Assembly: GCA_051294905.1 (NCBI GenBank)
Contig: CM119372.1
Span: 24,864,001-24,928,000, forward strand
Reading direction: 5' to 3'
DNA length: 64,000 bases
DNA from: Botryllus schlosseri
Taxonomy: Eukaryota
The notes under the pieces were generated by a model. That model saw nothing but the letters and a program-made list of their open reading frames with translations. It had not been told where the DNA came from and did no database searches. The translations under genes and the position numbers were made by a program. Of this stretch, positions 12,101 through 27,100 are shown piece after piece (the stretch's first letter is position 1; each line of letters begins with the position of its first letter).

Positions 12101-15100
12101 AAAATCGTAAATTGCACGGTGATCTACTCTATCTTTACATCATCACTCTGGAAGACAAGCATCTCCATATTACCTCGTCGTCGAAAGGGTTTTATGTTAA
12201 CAAGTGAGTTCGAACAAGCGAACCTGATCATGCTGAGTTTAAGCACAGCACATTCCTGTAAATTGTTGTCTGATGATATTTCGGTGGCGTTTTAGTACCA
12301 TTAATGATAAACTGTCAATAAGTTGTATTCCGTGCTGTGGGCCCATCTTGCAATTATGTGACGGAAAGGTTCTGGGCAAATTTATCGCCCGAAAGACTCA
12401 ATAAACTGTTATCATGTAATAGTGAACATAATGATTCAATTATCACTTAAGCTACTGGTAGTTTTTAAATCGATACATATCTATCCGGCATATGTATCTG
12501 ATAGTCTACTTCATCGAATTATACATAATCTGTATTGTTGTTGTTGTCATCTTCTGTTGCCCAAGCCTGAATGTAATGCTAGATGCATGTAAAGGCTTCT
12601 CTACACGGCAAGTCGCTGGACCAAACCAAACCCAACGTAGCCGTGGTTTCCATCTACACGGTTTGCTGTCTGCGGTCCGATGGACCGTGACCGCCGTGTT
12701 TGCGCAATCTAGCGGATGATCAAACTTAGTAGGTCAGTCGACTTTGTCAGAGCGCGCGAAATGGACGTTGAAGAAAAGCTCGTGTGAACTGTTCAGGAAT
12801 ACCCTTGTTTGTACGATGTGAATGACCGCAGCAGAAAGTACAAATTCAATATTTCTGAACCGTCGCAGTGGTCTCCTCAAGCATCATTATAGACGGATAT
12901 TGCAAGCGGAACATATGTCATCTCCATCATTTTCTACTCCAAAAGGAATCAAAAAGTCCATACCAGCATTTAAGTGATGTGCACAAACAAATGCTTATGA
13001 TACACCAAAAGGAATATATCTTACAAGCTCGTACAGCTGATATGAACATATTTTACGATAATGCACGCCCGATCAACATATTGATGTTCTGAAGCATACA
13101 ATTGCCTGTTTGTTGTGATAGCTATATAGCCATCGGTCCATTTTAACTCGGATCTGGTACACCCCATGTGAGTGGTACACCCTTATAAAATTTTGGTACA
13201 CCCTAGGGTGTACGAAAACCCCGGTTGAAGAGCACTGTACTATACTATACTAGTATACTATACTATACTAGTAGTATAGTATACTAGTGCATACTATATA
13301 TTATATCCATATACTATACTATACTACTATAATATATCTATATACTATACCACTATAATGTATCCGTATACTATACAATATACTATACTGTGCACTATAT
13401 ACTGTATACTATACTATATACTGTGTACTAAACCATACGATATCCGTCTCCACTCCACAGAAACTATAATTTCCCGACGAGACGACGGTCCCGCAGACCG
13501 ACGAGATCGCTCGCTGAGCGATAGCTTCCTAACCGATCCGTGAATTAGGAGAGAAACCAAATCGATGTTCAGTGAACCATAGACATAATAAAACAGACTA
13601 AAGAAATCCGGTTTGGTTTGGTCCAGCGACTTGCCGTGTAGAGAAGCCTTTACTATTACAGTGTCCTGGGGATTAATTTTTTTCAGGATTGACACGTATT
13701 AGAAATGAAATGACAGCTGCGTGTGTATATAATGATGATGGCGTTCGTTTGTTGATGAATGTCTATCCTGAAATGTGATTTTGATCGTGTGTTTTAGTCA
13801 CAATTGACAGGGGATTGTTTGGATGTGGATTTGTTCTATTATGCGATTAGGTATGGACAATAATTGTGCCCGTTGGGCATCTGGTTGTCCGTGTATCTGA
13901 TTGTTGTTTTTAATGCTATATCGGAATCGCACCTGGCATTTCCACTGTCTTTATTGCCGTTAGGAGCGATCACCAGAATTTCGACCCCAAACCCGACACG
14001 TTTTCGACCCCGTACCATTCGCTTATCGATCTGCTACTGGAAGTTTCTGCCGGGTTCAAAGCCAATTTCCCAACACTGAACAAGATCCGTTGCTCGAGAC
14101 ACATTTTCGAACGAATCGGAACACCTTTCCAGGTAAGTTTCCCACTTGGAATATGATACGGCCGGCATAATATCACCGAACAATGCCCAGAGGAAGGCAC
14201 AAAAGCGACTGAATGGGGTTGTATTGTCTGGCGTAGTAATCATTTGTGTAAAATGTAATCGTTGAAGTAACATTATCCGTATCGCGCCACACTAGCCCTG
14301 TTTCACCTTTCATGGGCCATAATCGGGATAATGTCAAAGGAGTGATTTGCTACAATAGATCTTGTTTTGGCTTTGTGCTCGCTTATATGCACTCTCGTTC
14401 CAAGAAATGATGATCGCTTGCCGGTTTGTCTGTCTTTTGTCGATGATATCACCATTTGTTCGTCTAAATATATTTTCACACAGGTATTAACTGCCCCGCG
14501 ACATGTATCTCTAGGTTGCTGGTGGTTGCATTCTGTTTAGCAAGATATTTATAAACAGCTCCCAGTTTAGAGCATACAATCCTGTTTCGTTTGTTTTGTA
14601 CACTGACACTGACCGAGCTTTCATTTCCAGCTTCATGCTTGGTCGGCTCCGTATAGAGAACACCAGGTCAATCATATTCACGCTGAAGATTTCATGACTA
14701 CAAGAACGGCTATCGAGGATAATATACCCGGCCAGGTCGGAATGAAATCCGAATCTTGTATTTGTAGATCTTGCCATCGATTATTGTGTATTTTTCGTGT
14801 AAGCCTGGGTTCTGTGGACTAGAGCCAGACCACAAAAAGTTCATATACCAAGTTAACTGAAGTGGTCAAGATAAAGATTGAAAAAAAAACTGGTGTTACC
14901 GCCTTTCTCTGCGTCGCTTGGGGACCTCAAAGCGTATGATTTGCAATAAATGTTAGGGTTTTTGGAGACGCAAAAAAATTGTATTGAAGCCGGTCTACAG
15001 AGTGAAAAAAGTTGCCGACCCCTGGTGTAAGCAACTCGATGAATTTGAATTAATATTAAATATGCTTCAATTTTCTGCCGGCTAAAACTACTTCTCAAGC

Positions 15101-18100
15101 CTACCCTCTATTTTAAGGCGTCTCGCGATTGGAATGAGGAATTGGCGGCGACGCGGGAACTTCCAAAGAGCTCTTTACCCGAGAGACTTATACGGGAGAG
15201 GGCCATGTTCAAGGTATACAGCGTCTGACTGTCTATTATCCCATGTAACTAACTGATTTCAATGTGTCTGCAGGCGCATTGTGATTTCGTGGCTGCTGCG
15301 ACGCGCGGCGCTGTGATGGTGATTGATGGAAACATTATGCCGATCAACCCCGGGGAGGATAAGAAAATGCAGATGTTCATATGGAATAACATTTTCTTCA
15401 GGTAGCTGTGTCATGATGCAATGAGCGCATGACGTTTTCAATCTCCGAGTTACTTTTTGTTCATCTTGATGTAATGGGAGTTGAGGGAGATGCCAAATCA
15501 AGTAATACAAATCTATCCTGCTCTAGCTAGAAATTTGAAATTCCAAGTCAAAATAATTCTGGCTGTTATATGAAATCCTGTTAAATATGACTTGAAGACT
15601 ATGTATGTGTAAATATGCTGTCAGCCATTGCCAAGTCCAAAATGTGGAGAAAATCATACCGCATGAATTATTGATATCAATCAAGGTATATCGATGATTG
15701 GACACTGCGGCGTTTGGCAGCCACTGAGCATTCTTGTGACGGTCGAATATTTTTCTCAGTCTCGGCTTCGACGTGAAAGATCACTACAAAGACTTGGGCG
15801 GCAATCACGCTGCTTTTTACGCACCACTCGCAGACCTGAACGGTCTCCGTGCCTATCAAGCAGTGGACGCCGACGGTTTGCACTTGCTTGGAACGGTCGT
15901 CGTGGATTATCGCGGATACCGAGTCACCGCACAATCAATCATACCCGGTACGAAATTGTTTTTAGTATGCCCGAATTATGTGCCAGGTTTAGGGTACACT
16001 AACTACGTCACTCCTTGGCATGTCCAAATTTTAATGTTTAGAGTCATGGCTGTGATCTTAACTAACATTCATAGCATTTGTCCTCTTTTATCAGCTTTAT
16101 ATAGACATGATAAATGGCACCAAATCCTTTCAAATGTGGAAGTAATGCAAAATCATGTTGAATGTTGCGCATCAAGCATGGTGCATGGTGTATTTTCACG
16201 AAAGTCATAGAAACGTAACGGTTTGCTTGCTATGCCTTATAAATGCGCCAGCCCAGTAATATTAGGAACAGCACTTGATTTACGAAGTCTTCAGTCAATT
16301 CTAGTAGGGAATCTGTGTGACTAATCTACACGAGTTATCCTGTCAGGCTATTAAATATATTCATTAGGTTATTGATTATCTTTTTTGGTCGGTCCGTGGC
16401 ATTTTCGAAAATTTGCCGAGATATCGTATTAAGATATTTGATTAACTGCAGTGGTATATCGGAGATGGTCAAAGTGATTGTTTTACGTACTCAAGTTGAA
16501 GTAATGCGGTAAATTTCTGCCCAAGCAGTTGGTTAATTTTTGAACCATACCAAAAGTGCTTCAGGTAGCTGTCTATAACGAAAGATATGAGAAGAACTAA
16601 AAAAGTATGTAGCTTGACAATATGTATCGCAAATAGTTTTGTTAGTCTATTGCGGGGTTGTAATGACTCGACGCATGACTCGAGTCGAGTCACGATTTTC
16701 TGAGGACTCGACTTGACTCGAGTCAATTTCTCCAAACACGGAAATGACTCGACTCGAGTCATTGTGCATGACTCTAGACACAGACGGCCAAGACCGACAT
16801 TTCATTGTAATTTCGAAGAATAATAAAGTAACCTCACTATTGGGATTTCGTCTATTGGTACTGTTACTTGAAAATGTGACCAGAAACTGCGAAAAGTGAG
16901 GAAAATTGGTATTTCAAAAATGCGAACCATTCGATATCTCCAAACGGAGTTATAAAAAGTGGGTTAAACAATACTTTAAACTGGAAACTGAGAAGTCAAC
17001 ACAATGACTTGAACTCGGACTCGAGTCATAATACCAAGACTCGGACTCGACCGTCTGCTCGCTGACTTGAGCTCGGACTTGACTCGGTTGTGAATTGAAA
17101 ATGACTCGACTTGACTCGAGTCAAAACTATAAAAACGAGATTGACTTGTGACTCGGAGCCCTGTGACTTGGTTACAACCCTGGTCTATTGTTGATTTCAC
17201 TTTCCAAAATTTGAAGAGCTTCTTGGAGGTACAGAACTTCAATATACAATTAAATACTTTCCAAAATTCCAAGATGTATTTCAGTGACTAACGCGTGATA
17301 ACGATGAAAAGTTGAAATTTTTGATGAAATTACATTCCGTCGACATCGTACGGGGCTTGCGTCGCCCCACTTTCACAGCAATTTCACTCATGAAATCTAT
17401 CCAAAAACTACTTTCTACTCGACGAAACTATTGAATGAAATATAAGTGGAAGTAGTCGATAATACTACCATTTCAGTAAGTAGTGATAGTAGAGAAAACT
17501 AGGACACTTGAAAAAAGAAGCAATGCAGCATTACTGACCACCTCTTCGATTAGTGCGTCGACCGATCTCTGGCTGTATCAGCCTCAGTCTGTATTCATCA
17601 ATGAGATAACTGACCGGACCAATTGAGGGCGTTACGACTCTGCTTCCATTGCAGGAATTCTTGAGCGAGAACAGGAGCAAAGTATCGTGCACGGCTCGAT
17701 AGATTTCGGGAAGAATGTTCTGACGGACAAGGAATACACAGACTTGATTGAGAAAGTCGCCAAGCCATTGCGGCAATTGAAACATTCCATCGTGAGCGGA
17801 GAGGGCGGCTCGGAGAAGACGGTAGAGATTCAAACTTCCGTCGAATGCAAGGGAATCACAGGTAGGCGATCTTGTCGAATATCATATCCTAGTGCAGTGG
17901 TTCTCGAACTTTGCGTAGCGCCACCAAAATCTGAGTTTTATTATGGTCTCGCGACCCTCGCACATCGAAAGAAATGCATTTCTAATGTTATTATGCTATG
18001 TTTATACGGTAGTACTTCCATGAAACATAGTTCTATGAAACATGATTCCTTAAAAAAGAGTCATTGATTCAGTGAGGTTCTTGTCACTAATTTTTCCTTC

Positions 18101-21100
18101 GTGTTATTTTTATTGCACAAAACTTCTGGCATTGTGTGCTACGTATATACATCAATGTGTCCAGTCTTTTCGGTGCTTGTGGACGCCTGAATTCTCGAAA
18201 TTAGCGATTGATTATGCAAAACCGAGCAATAAACAACATTGTGCACCTTAAAGCATGTGAAATGTTGATATGATTTAGATCAGGACTTCTGTAAGTTTTT
18301 TTCTTCTGCAACCTCGTACGACAGTAACTGATGACAACTGACAAGCTACTTAAAAAAGTTGCTGCGATGTCGGCTAATCTGTGCAACAATACTTTGTCCG
18401 TCCCTGCGCTGTCGGCCTATCACAAGTTGACATGTACAAAGCATCATCAGAAGAAATAAATGCAAACCATAGCTCCGGTGAGATCGCGGCACGAAATTCC
18501 ACCCGTAGCCATTTATCCCCACACTTTGAGAACCACTGTCCTAGCGCTTGCTGCCGAGTTTTGAGGATCTTGGATCTTGAATTTTGGCAGTCAGACACAT
18601 TTCTTTGAACATTGCAGGAAACGACGGAAGGCATTACGTTTTGGATTTGCTGCGTACTTTTCCGCCCGACGTGAATTTCCGTGGTGGCGATGTGGAAGAC
18701 GATCTTCTGCCACACTGCAAGAAGCTAGGATTTCCCAAGAAACACCGGCACAGCCTTGCCACGCTTCGTCCGGAACTGGTCGAAGCCTATTCAGAACAGA
18801 AGTATGTTGTGTACAAAACTTGGGCTTGTAATGCTTCTTTAATGTGCTCGTTTATGTAAGAGACAAAAATACAGGGAAATGAGATATTTTGAAATCAAAA
18901 TGGTATACATGGGCAGCCCGAATGTTTTAGTGTCATCAAGTCCTAGCTACTCAAGGCCTGGATGTCATGTAATGTAAGTGATACGAGCTGATTTGATAAA
19001 AATTGGTTGTTCCAATCAATTGTGAAACTTCAAAAACATCAGTAGCAATCAACTGATGTCATGGCCATAGTGTTTTACGCCATTATTGCCCCAATTATGA
19101 ATTATTTTGATTCAGGAATATTCCAATCTCATGTTTTTCAGATACATTGAATTCATGCAGAGCTGCGCGTCTCAAATCTTCGCTCTGAGAAGCATGGAGA
19201 GGTCGTCGAAAGAAGAAAGTGGGATCGTACTGTGTATTGCGAGACTGCCACATTATTCTCATTTGTGCCGTTTTTCGTTCAGGCTTACCCGAGCTCAAAG
19301 CTAAAGAAGAGTCTGAAGAAACGAAAGAGAAGGTTGGCGAGCCTGAATCGGAAACCTCTGGCAGTGTTGCTGATGCGGAGTCTGTCAAACACAACACGGG
19401 TATGGGCTGTTGATTAATATATTAATTAGTAGCGAAGTAAAAATAACTATCAAGGTATGAGATTTTGAGTTAACTTTGTTATTACCACTTAGCTTTTTCA
19501 ATCTACCTTGTCGGTGAAATTATTGAGTGCTTTTTGATGCTTGACAAGTTTATACTTCCACTTTAGTAGCGTCAGCGACAGATTTGATAATGCTTGAATT
19601 ATTCAGCTCTTAAGTAGAGTTTTGGGTACCACTGATAAAACGGTTTGATTTTGTATCATTAATATGACAAGAAATGGAAGAAGACTTGATGGCATATTTT
19701 CAGCAGAAACTTTGAACATCTGATGGTGGGTGAATGTGATGGTATGTCTTGCGACAATGATGTTTGATCGTCTCCAGTTTTGATCACATGTTTTTGTGTA
19801 CTTGTGTACATGGGAATATTTATTGAAAATCTTTTAGGCTCGATGCATCGCACAGTCGTCAAGCAAGCTGCCAGAAAGGCCGGTTCGTGCACGGATCAAG
19901 AGTTTGATCTGCGGTTCAACCCCGACTTGTACACAAGGACCGTGCGCAGCGCCGATTCCGACGAAGAAGTCAAATGTCAAGTCGATCTCGTAAAGGAAGC
20001 CGCCGAGTTTTTGGTCGCCGTTCAGATTCCCACCTTTGTAAGATTCTCGGGCCTGCCAGTCACAATCTCCGATTTCATTATTATTCACTGCCCTGTTTTC
20101 CTCGTCTGCAGATCAGGGAATGCGCACATCAATCCATTCTTCCGGTCGACGGGCAGTCTTTGGTTGACGTGTTACACGAACGAGGAATCGGGATCCGATA
20201 TTTGGGGAAGATTCTGCGGATGCTGCCGGAAAACAGCCAGCTAACTTATCTTAAGGTAATTTTGAAGGCGTCTTGGTCGTGCGCACGTTTTTTTGTAGAG
20301 CCTGAAATCATGTTTAGGAATCTTGCTTTGAGTGCAAATTGTATTAGTGTGTCGTCGAAATGAGGGCTGTGGAGTCGGAGTTACTCTGCATTTTCTCTTG
20401 ATGAAGTCACGGACATTTTGTAACACTCTTTGGAGTCGCAGTTTGTTAAAATGCAACTGCAACTACATTAAAATCAAACCAATTGCTCTTAAACGTCACT
20501 AAAAGTGATGTTGCAGTTGCAGAGGTCGTTACGTTTTCGCTTTCACAAACTTCATTTCTTTCTGCGCGTGCAATTTCTTCAAGCAATAACAACTAATAAT
20601 GTAATTGAGTAGATTTACAGGAATGTTGAAGTCGGTGTGTTCAAAGTTGTTGGAATCTGTAATAAAGTGGTCAAAATCAAAGCATGTAATTGACTTTTAC
20701 TCGCATTCCAAACTTTAGCTCTCACTTCTCGAGACGAAAAATGAAAATTATTGACCTAGTCGTAATGTAACAAAAAACGTTCAAACACAGAGCTTTGCTC
20801 CCTTAACTTTCAAATTGTTTATTGATTCTGAGGCAAAATCGATTAGTTAAACAGTACTAATACGCTATACTAGGTCTTTTGTTCTATAGCTCTAATTCAA
20901 GGTCGTTTTTTCCAGCGTATATGTACGACAGAGCTCTACTCTCGTTGCGTTCGCCATCTATTCCGAAGTTACCTACAAAGTGTACCTCAAGCATGCGTAT
21001 GCGCCGCAATAGTTCATTTCTTGAACTGCTTGCTGTCATCCTCGAAAGTTTCGGCGCCGTCAGTAGAGCAGGAAAGCAGGTACCACTTGTTTTCATTCTT

Positions 21101-24100
21101 TTGAATGCGGCAAGTTGTTGTTTTTGGTTCTGAACAGTGCATGTTTTTCTACTGCTTCCGTCTCGGTTATTGAAAGTGTTCGATTATGGACTTGGCTTCC
21201 AGCCCACATATCAATGAAAAGATCGCTGTTTCTATCCAATGCTTATCGAAAATTATCAAGGGGAGCTGAAATTGAGTCGTAGTGCAGTCCTGATCTATTT
21301 GATAAATGACCTGAATCAACAGGCCAACTTTCAGTATGAAAGTTAATTGGGATGTGGGATAGAAAAGTGATATATGCCCGTTTCCACTTTGGTATCATCT
21401 ACAAAAGTAGCATGAGGGAACGCAATGGCAGACTCTCTTTTATAGCTGGTTCAAAAACTGGAACAGTGTGAAAGTATATTGCAATTTATGACGTATGATG
21501 ATCGAGTCTCGTAAAAGTCACCCAGAACAGATTTTTGCGTAGTATATACAGCATTTGGTATTCGCGGACAGAATCAGTTCTCAATTAGTTATACTTGGCA
21601 GTATGGCACCGTTGTCATCCTGAAAAAAAATTCGGCGAAACACTAGATCAATTAGCACTGATCCGCTGTGGCGAACCCACACTTGAAGTAAGCTGAAGGA
21701 CACTCTATCTTATATCTTGGCTTTCTGGTTCAGGCATTTCATATGACCTGAATTTAAACCGCTATTTCAAATGCCTCTGCTTCATTTTCACAGCAATAAA
21801 AAGAGACGCAAGAAGGGTAAGTCGAATAATGTCAGGAGCGACTGGAGCAAGTTGACGCCTTCATCACTGTGGAGTCAAATTTCGGAAGAAGCCAAAGATT
21901 ACTTTGATCACGAAACCGACGTGAGCAGCACGGACGAGCTGTTCGAAAAGTACAAAATTCCGCGAGGTGTGATGCTGCGATGTTTCTGCCTGAAGAACGG
22001 AATCCAGGTATTTACATCTGCTCATCGGCAATTAGTAAGCCAGAAGCCGTAATTTACTGGTTGTCTTCGATATAATTCTACCACCTGGTCTAGTCAACTT
22101 GGGCCCATGAGTCCATACAACTATTGTGACCTGTGATTGCACTAAAATACTATCTCGTTTTGTAGGTATTGTCTCGCGAATATGATTATATCAACAAGCA
22201 CAAGCCAACGTTTACCGAAGACGATATCCTTGACGTATATCCGATTGTCAAGCATTCGCCTCCGAGAGCTACTGATGCGTATCACTTCTTTGCAACGGGC
22301 CAAGTTAAGATACAGCAAGGTCTGTGTGAAATTGCCGACTACGTTTCCGCTACCAGCGTATATTCAGCTAGCATTCAAAACTTGAGCTACTGGTGAAAAA
22401 TTTGATGTAATTCATCCGGCACTGTGTTCTAATGATCTTATTCTAAAGAAGCTATGCAAACTTGATGGAACCAAGTTAAGTTATTAACTGACATGAGTTT
22501 GAATGCAAATCAATATTGGTTAATCCCAATCTGCTAAAAATTCTAGTTGTGCTAAACTATTGCTTGTAATTGGATGTCATTAGCTACAAACCTTCTGGGC
22601 TACTGTGGTATGTGCCGGCTGTATACAGACTAATTCCGCTTTTTCGAGCAAAACCTCCAAGTGGATATCGCTGAATGTACAATGTGTGATTCTTTCACTT
22701 TGAATTTCAGGGGCCCTCAAACAAGCAGTGGAGTACATCACCGAATCCCTGGGACTTTTCAATAACGTGTACGGAGCGATGCATCTCGAAATCGCTACGT
22801 GCTACAGAAGCATAGCTCGGTTGCAATATATTGCCGGCGAATACGCGGAGGCTGTCTGCAACCAGCAAAAAGCGTTGATCATGTTTGAGCGTGTTCTGGG
22901 TAAGATAATGTAGTTTTGCAGACAGCTATTCAAATCATTCTTATAGGCACTTCGTACACTTGTGACAAAGAGTGCGACGGTGGTTGCAAAGCTAACTTGT
23001 CACACACCTATTTTGGTTGATTTATTACCCATGTGGCTATTCATCTGACATTTTGTAACCGAATAGTTATTTGACTCTGAATTTTACTGTTCAATATGCC
23101 GTAATTTCCTTTCTATTGGAAGCATCATCGTAAGGTAAAGTGCTATGACTGTAAAACTGAGCCAAATATGTGTGTACGCCTGTACGGCTATTTTGCGTGC
23201 TTCATTCAAATCTGAGTACTCTGCTGCTGACTATCCAGTCAGTGGTCACAGTCTAATGTAGTACTGTTAAAATTGAGAACGTTACAATGGAACTCAATAT
23301 TTTGCACTATTTAAATCTGCTGTTCTGTTCTGATGTCTTTGCTTGAACTGTATTCCAATTGCTATTTCAGGTATCGATCACGCTTCCACCATGTTTGCCT
23401 ACATCAACTTGGCCGTGTATTGCTTTGCCAACTCGCAAATCCTGTCTTCCTTACGGCTGTTGTACCGTGCAAAATACCTCATGAGCGTAATTTTCGGGGA
23501 GGATCATCCTGACATGGCTCAAATCAACGTACGTTTGCTTCTTTGATGTCGCTAGTGTGGCGTGTCCGGTGTTGAACAGCACTGTTTATGCTTCAATCTT
23601 TTACCATCATCGTACTCTTGCATTATATGTAGATCAGCAGTTCTCAACCTTTTTGGACTGGCGATGGTCAAAAAAATCGTGCCCATGCCTGAGCCCCACT
23701 GCACTTATCGTCATGTCGAAAAGAGCACAGAATCTAATACAGAGGAGGGCAACCTTTTTTCTATCCATAGGCGCTGACTTTTATTTTTTTACGAGGTGGC
23801 GAAGTCTTGTGACGTCATAATTGTTCCATATCGATGACGTCATCGTCGCACGAAAACGCACTTTACTGGTGTACGTGCAGAGTTAAACCATTCGCATGAC
23901 GTTTTAATATCGGCCCTGCAGTCCTTAATATTCAACCATGCAGTCGAGTTATTAAATGGAATCTCAAAACGGTACGATCATTTGAAGTGTAACTGCGGCC
24001 TGCGCTACCAGTCCGTCCGACGGAATCTGCAGTTGCATCAATGTTATTCACGCGCAATGCCCCGCGTGAGTAACGAAATACACTACGCACTGGCCTTGCA

Positions 24101-27100
24101 AGTAACACACAACGCTCGAATGCTTCAAGCTGACAATAATGATAATTACAAACGCGAAATCGCGCAGCCAATCAGTAATTGTCAATTGCGGTTTCTTGCT
24201 TCGCGTTGCCCAACTCGCATCGCGGCAATTGTTTGATGATTAAAACATTGGTGCATTTCCCGATTTACGTTCGCGAACCATTTTGGGAATTCATCGGTCA
24301 ATTCGTAAATTCAATCTGCATGTCGACGGCCGCCAACGCATACTAATTGAAGTACATGTTGACGGCCGCACAAATTTCCTTCCAAGGGCGCGGATTGCCC
24401 ACCCCTGGGCTAGAATTAATTCCACTTCCGGACGCATACCGCGATCTTACCAATAGAAATCCACTGTCTATCTAATGCCTAATAGTTTAATATTCGATAG
24501 TGTTGTTCTCGATACGGTCCAGCAATCCAGTCCAGCGATCCAGCAATCAAGTTTATCGGAATGAAGAAGGTCCCTGTTCTAACGAATCGTATAAAATCAG
24601 AATTTGTGCCACCAATAATCTTGTGATGCGTCAATATTTAACAATGGCATGGCATGGCCTACTGCACGTTAATAATGAAAGAAACACTGAAAAAATGACT
24701 TTGTGCGACAATTTCGGAGTACGAATGTATCAAGTAGATAACAATAAATATGGGTGGTGGCAAATGAGAAAGCGTGTATTCTAATCAGTATCGCCACGAA
24801 TCGGTTTTGAATGTGACACCGTATTGAGTAGCTTTCGTCGCGACAATTGTTTTCTCATTATATCGGTGTTTAAGCTGTATTGCTACATTTTCTGATTAAT
24901 GTCACTGGCAAAGCCTTGTTAGAGAAACAAATCTGCGCAGAAATGTATTCCAATTTGCAGGCACACACCAACACACCCTCCAATTTCGCGCTCCTATTAC
25001 CTATCACGAAGCTAGCTAGCTAGCTAGCTCATGAATGGTTTTGTAAACGAATATGGCCATGCATAATTTAGACTTGAGAAAAGCAGAACGTATATTTGGG
25101 CGCCTGGTCAGGAGAGGAGATCTAGGGTGGTGCTTCTCAGCACACGCTAGGCGCGTAGCCAGTCGAAAAATTAGGGGGATTTGGATTTTTTTCAAAAATT
25201 TACCAATATAGCATCAATTGAATTCGGGTCATGTACAATTGTACATGTGTAAATGGCGATCATATAATCTCTTCGTATTGACGATGTCAATCGTATGATA
25301 GGCTTGCCAAAGAGTACGGGAGTGCTGTCAATTAGCGAGTCCCTGATCTCCGGCGAACAATTAAATGCACGCGCGCATTACGCAGTCTCGGCTACAGTTT
25401 TCGCAAATCAAAATGTCCGAACTCGATGGCACCGATTTCAAACCTTTGTCGTATTTCAGAACTCGAGACATGATACACATCTTGTGATCGTTACTTTCAA
25501 GTATTAGCGGGAATCAATTTCGCACGTTAAAGTCTGTTGGCAGCGATTCGATGTTATTCAGTTTTGCGATGTCGCTTTTTAATCAATATGACATAAAACA
25601 ATCTCTAATTAGCGTCTCTAACGAGGTCGCATCGATTCGCCTGATTACTAATTACTGGTCACAGATCACTTGGGCGTTTGAGCATTTTGTACGAGGTGGT
25701 CTGCGCCTATGTTTCTATCGCGCCTAAGCTGTTGCTTATATTGCTGTTTTTTTGCGCAGAGTACGATCGGTCTTGTACTGCACGGTCTTCAGGAATACGA
25801 CCTGTCCCTGAGTTACCTTCTCGAAGCGCTAAGAATCAACGTTTTAGTTGGAAAACAGAGTTTGAAACTCGCAATGAGGTAATGTCCTGTTGCACACCTG
25901 TGTTTCCTATGCCCAGTTCCCTACCGTCATAAATGTGCCACTGTATGAATTTACAATCCTACAATTTTCAGCTACCATTTGGTCGCGAGGGCGTATTCTT
26001 GTAAGGGAAATTTTCGGCAAGCTCTTAATCACGAAAAACAGACTTACAAGATGTATCAAACCGTGCTTGGCGATGAGCACGACAAGACTAAAGAGAGCGC
26101 AGAGTTCCTGAGGCACCTCACTCAGCAAGCTGTCAGCTTACAGAGAACGGTGAGTTGGTTGCAGTACGTTCCATGTCATGTGTGTTCCTGTCAGGGTTGT
26201 AATGACTCGAGTCATGACTCGACTCGAGTCACGATTTTCTGATAACTCGACTTGACTCGAGTCGTTTTTTCAAAATACGGAATTGACTCGACTTAGTTAA
26301 TTTGTGTATTGACTCGACTTGGACTCAAGTCATTGCGCATGACTCGAACCAAGTCATTGACTCAAGACTCAGAGGTAATTTCGAAGAATTGTGAAGCAAT
26401 CACCCTTTTGGGATTTCGTCTGATTGGTACTGGTACTTGATAATGCGACCAGAAACTGCTAAAAGAGAGGAAAATTAGTATATTATAAATGCGAAACATT
26501 CGATATCACCAAATATAGTTATATAAAGTGAGTTTAACAAGACTTTAACTGGAAACTGAGCAGTCAACATAATGACTTGGACTCGGACTTGACTCGGTGG
26601 TGAATGGAAAATGACTCGAGTCAAAACAATATAAGTGAATTTGACTTGTGACTCGGAGCATTGTGACATGGTTACAACCCTGGTTCCTGTTTGGCCCGAA
26701 GAGATTCTATTTTCATTCTATTCTGGTAAGAGGTCATTGCAATTTTGGCAAACATGTTCAGAGTGGTCTCTTGAACAAAACCATTTGGCACAGCGCATGG
26801 TACTGATAACACGTTGGCATATTGTTGTTGTTGGATATCAACTGCGTTGCACATTGGCATCTTGTGTACTGATTTGCTTGTCACTCTATTGAACATTACA
26901 AACTTGAATTTGTTTACTGTGTTTGGTAGGATCTGACATACCAATGTATCTTATGGCTTTGCTCTGAAGATGCTGACAACTCACGTGAAACTGTTATTGA
27001 CGAACTTGCCTCGTCTCAATCACTCTGTAGCGGCATATGTTACCATGTATCTTGTGATCCGAATTTTCAGATGAATGAAATTTACAAGAAGGGCAGCAAA

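Noticed and set aside
13730..14480. Intronic C/D-box snoRNAs (ATGATGA motifs in CLUH introns)
   Set aside because: No convincing terminal stem, D-box spacing or rRNA-complementary guide could be identified by eye.
16653..17182. CRISPR-like or iteron-like short repeats (GACTCGAGTC here; GTAATC arrays at 32702 and 35130)
   Set aside because: Spacing is irregular, there are no unique spacers or cas genes, and the repeats are bounded by TIRs and 8-bp TSDs. They are transposon subterminal repeats in a eukaryote.
19704..19741. Extra CLUH exon with TTTTCAG acceptor and GTATGT donor
   Set aside because: It gives a stop in the required phase, and 19399 joins 19838 in frame without it.
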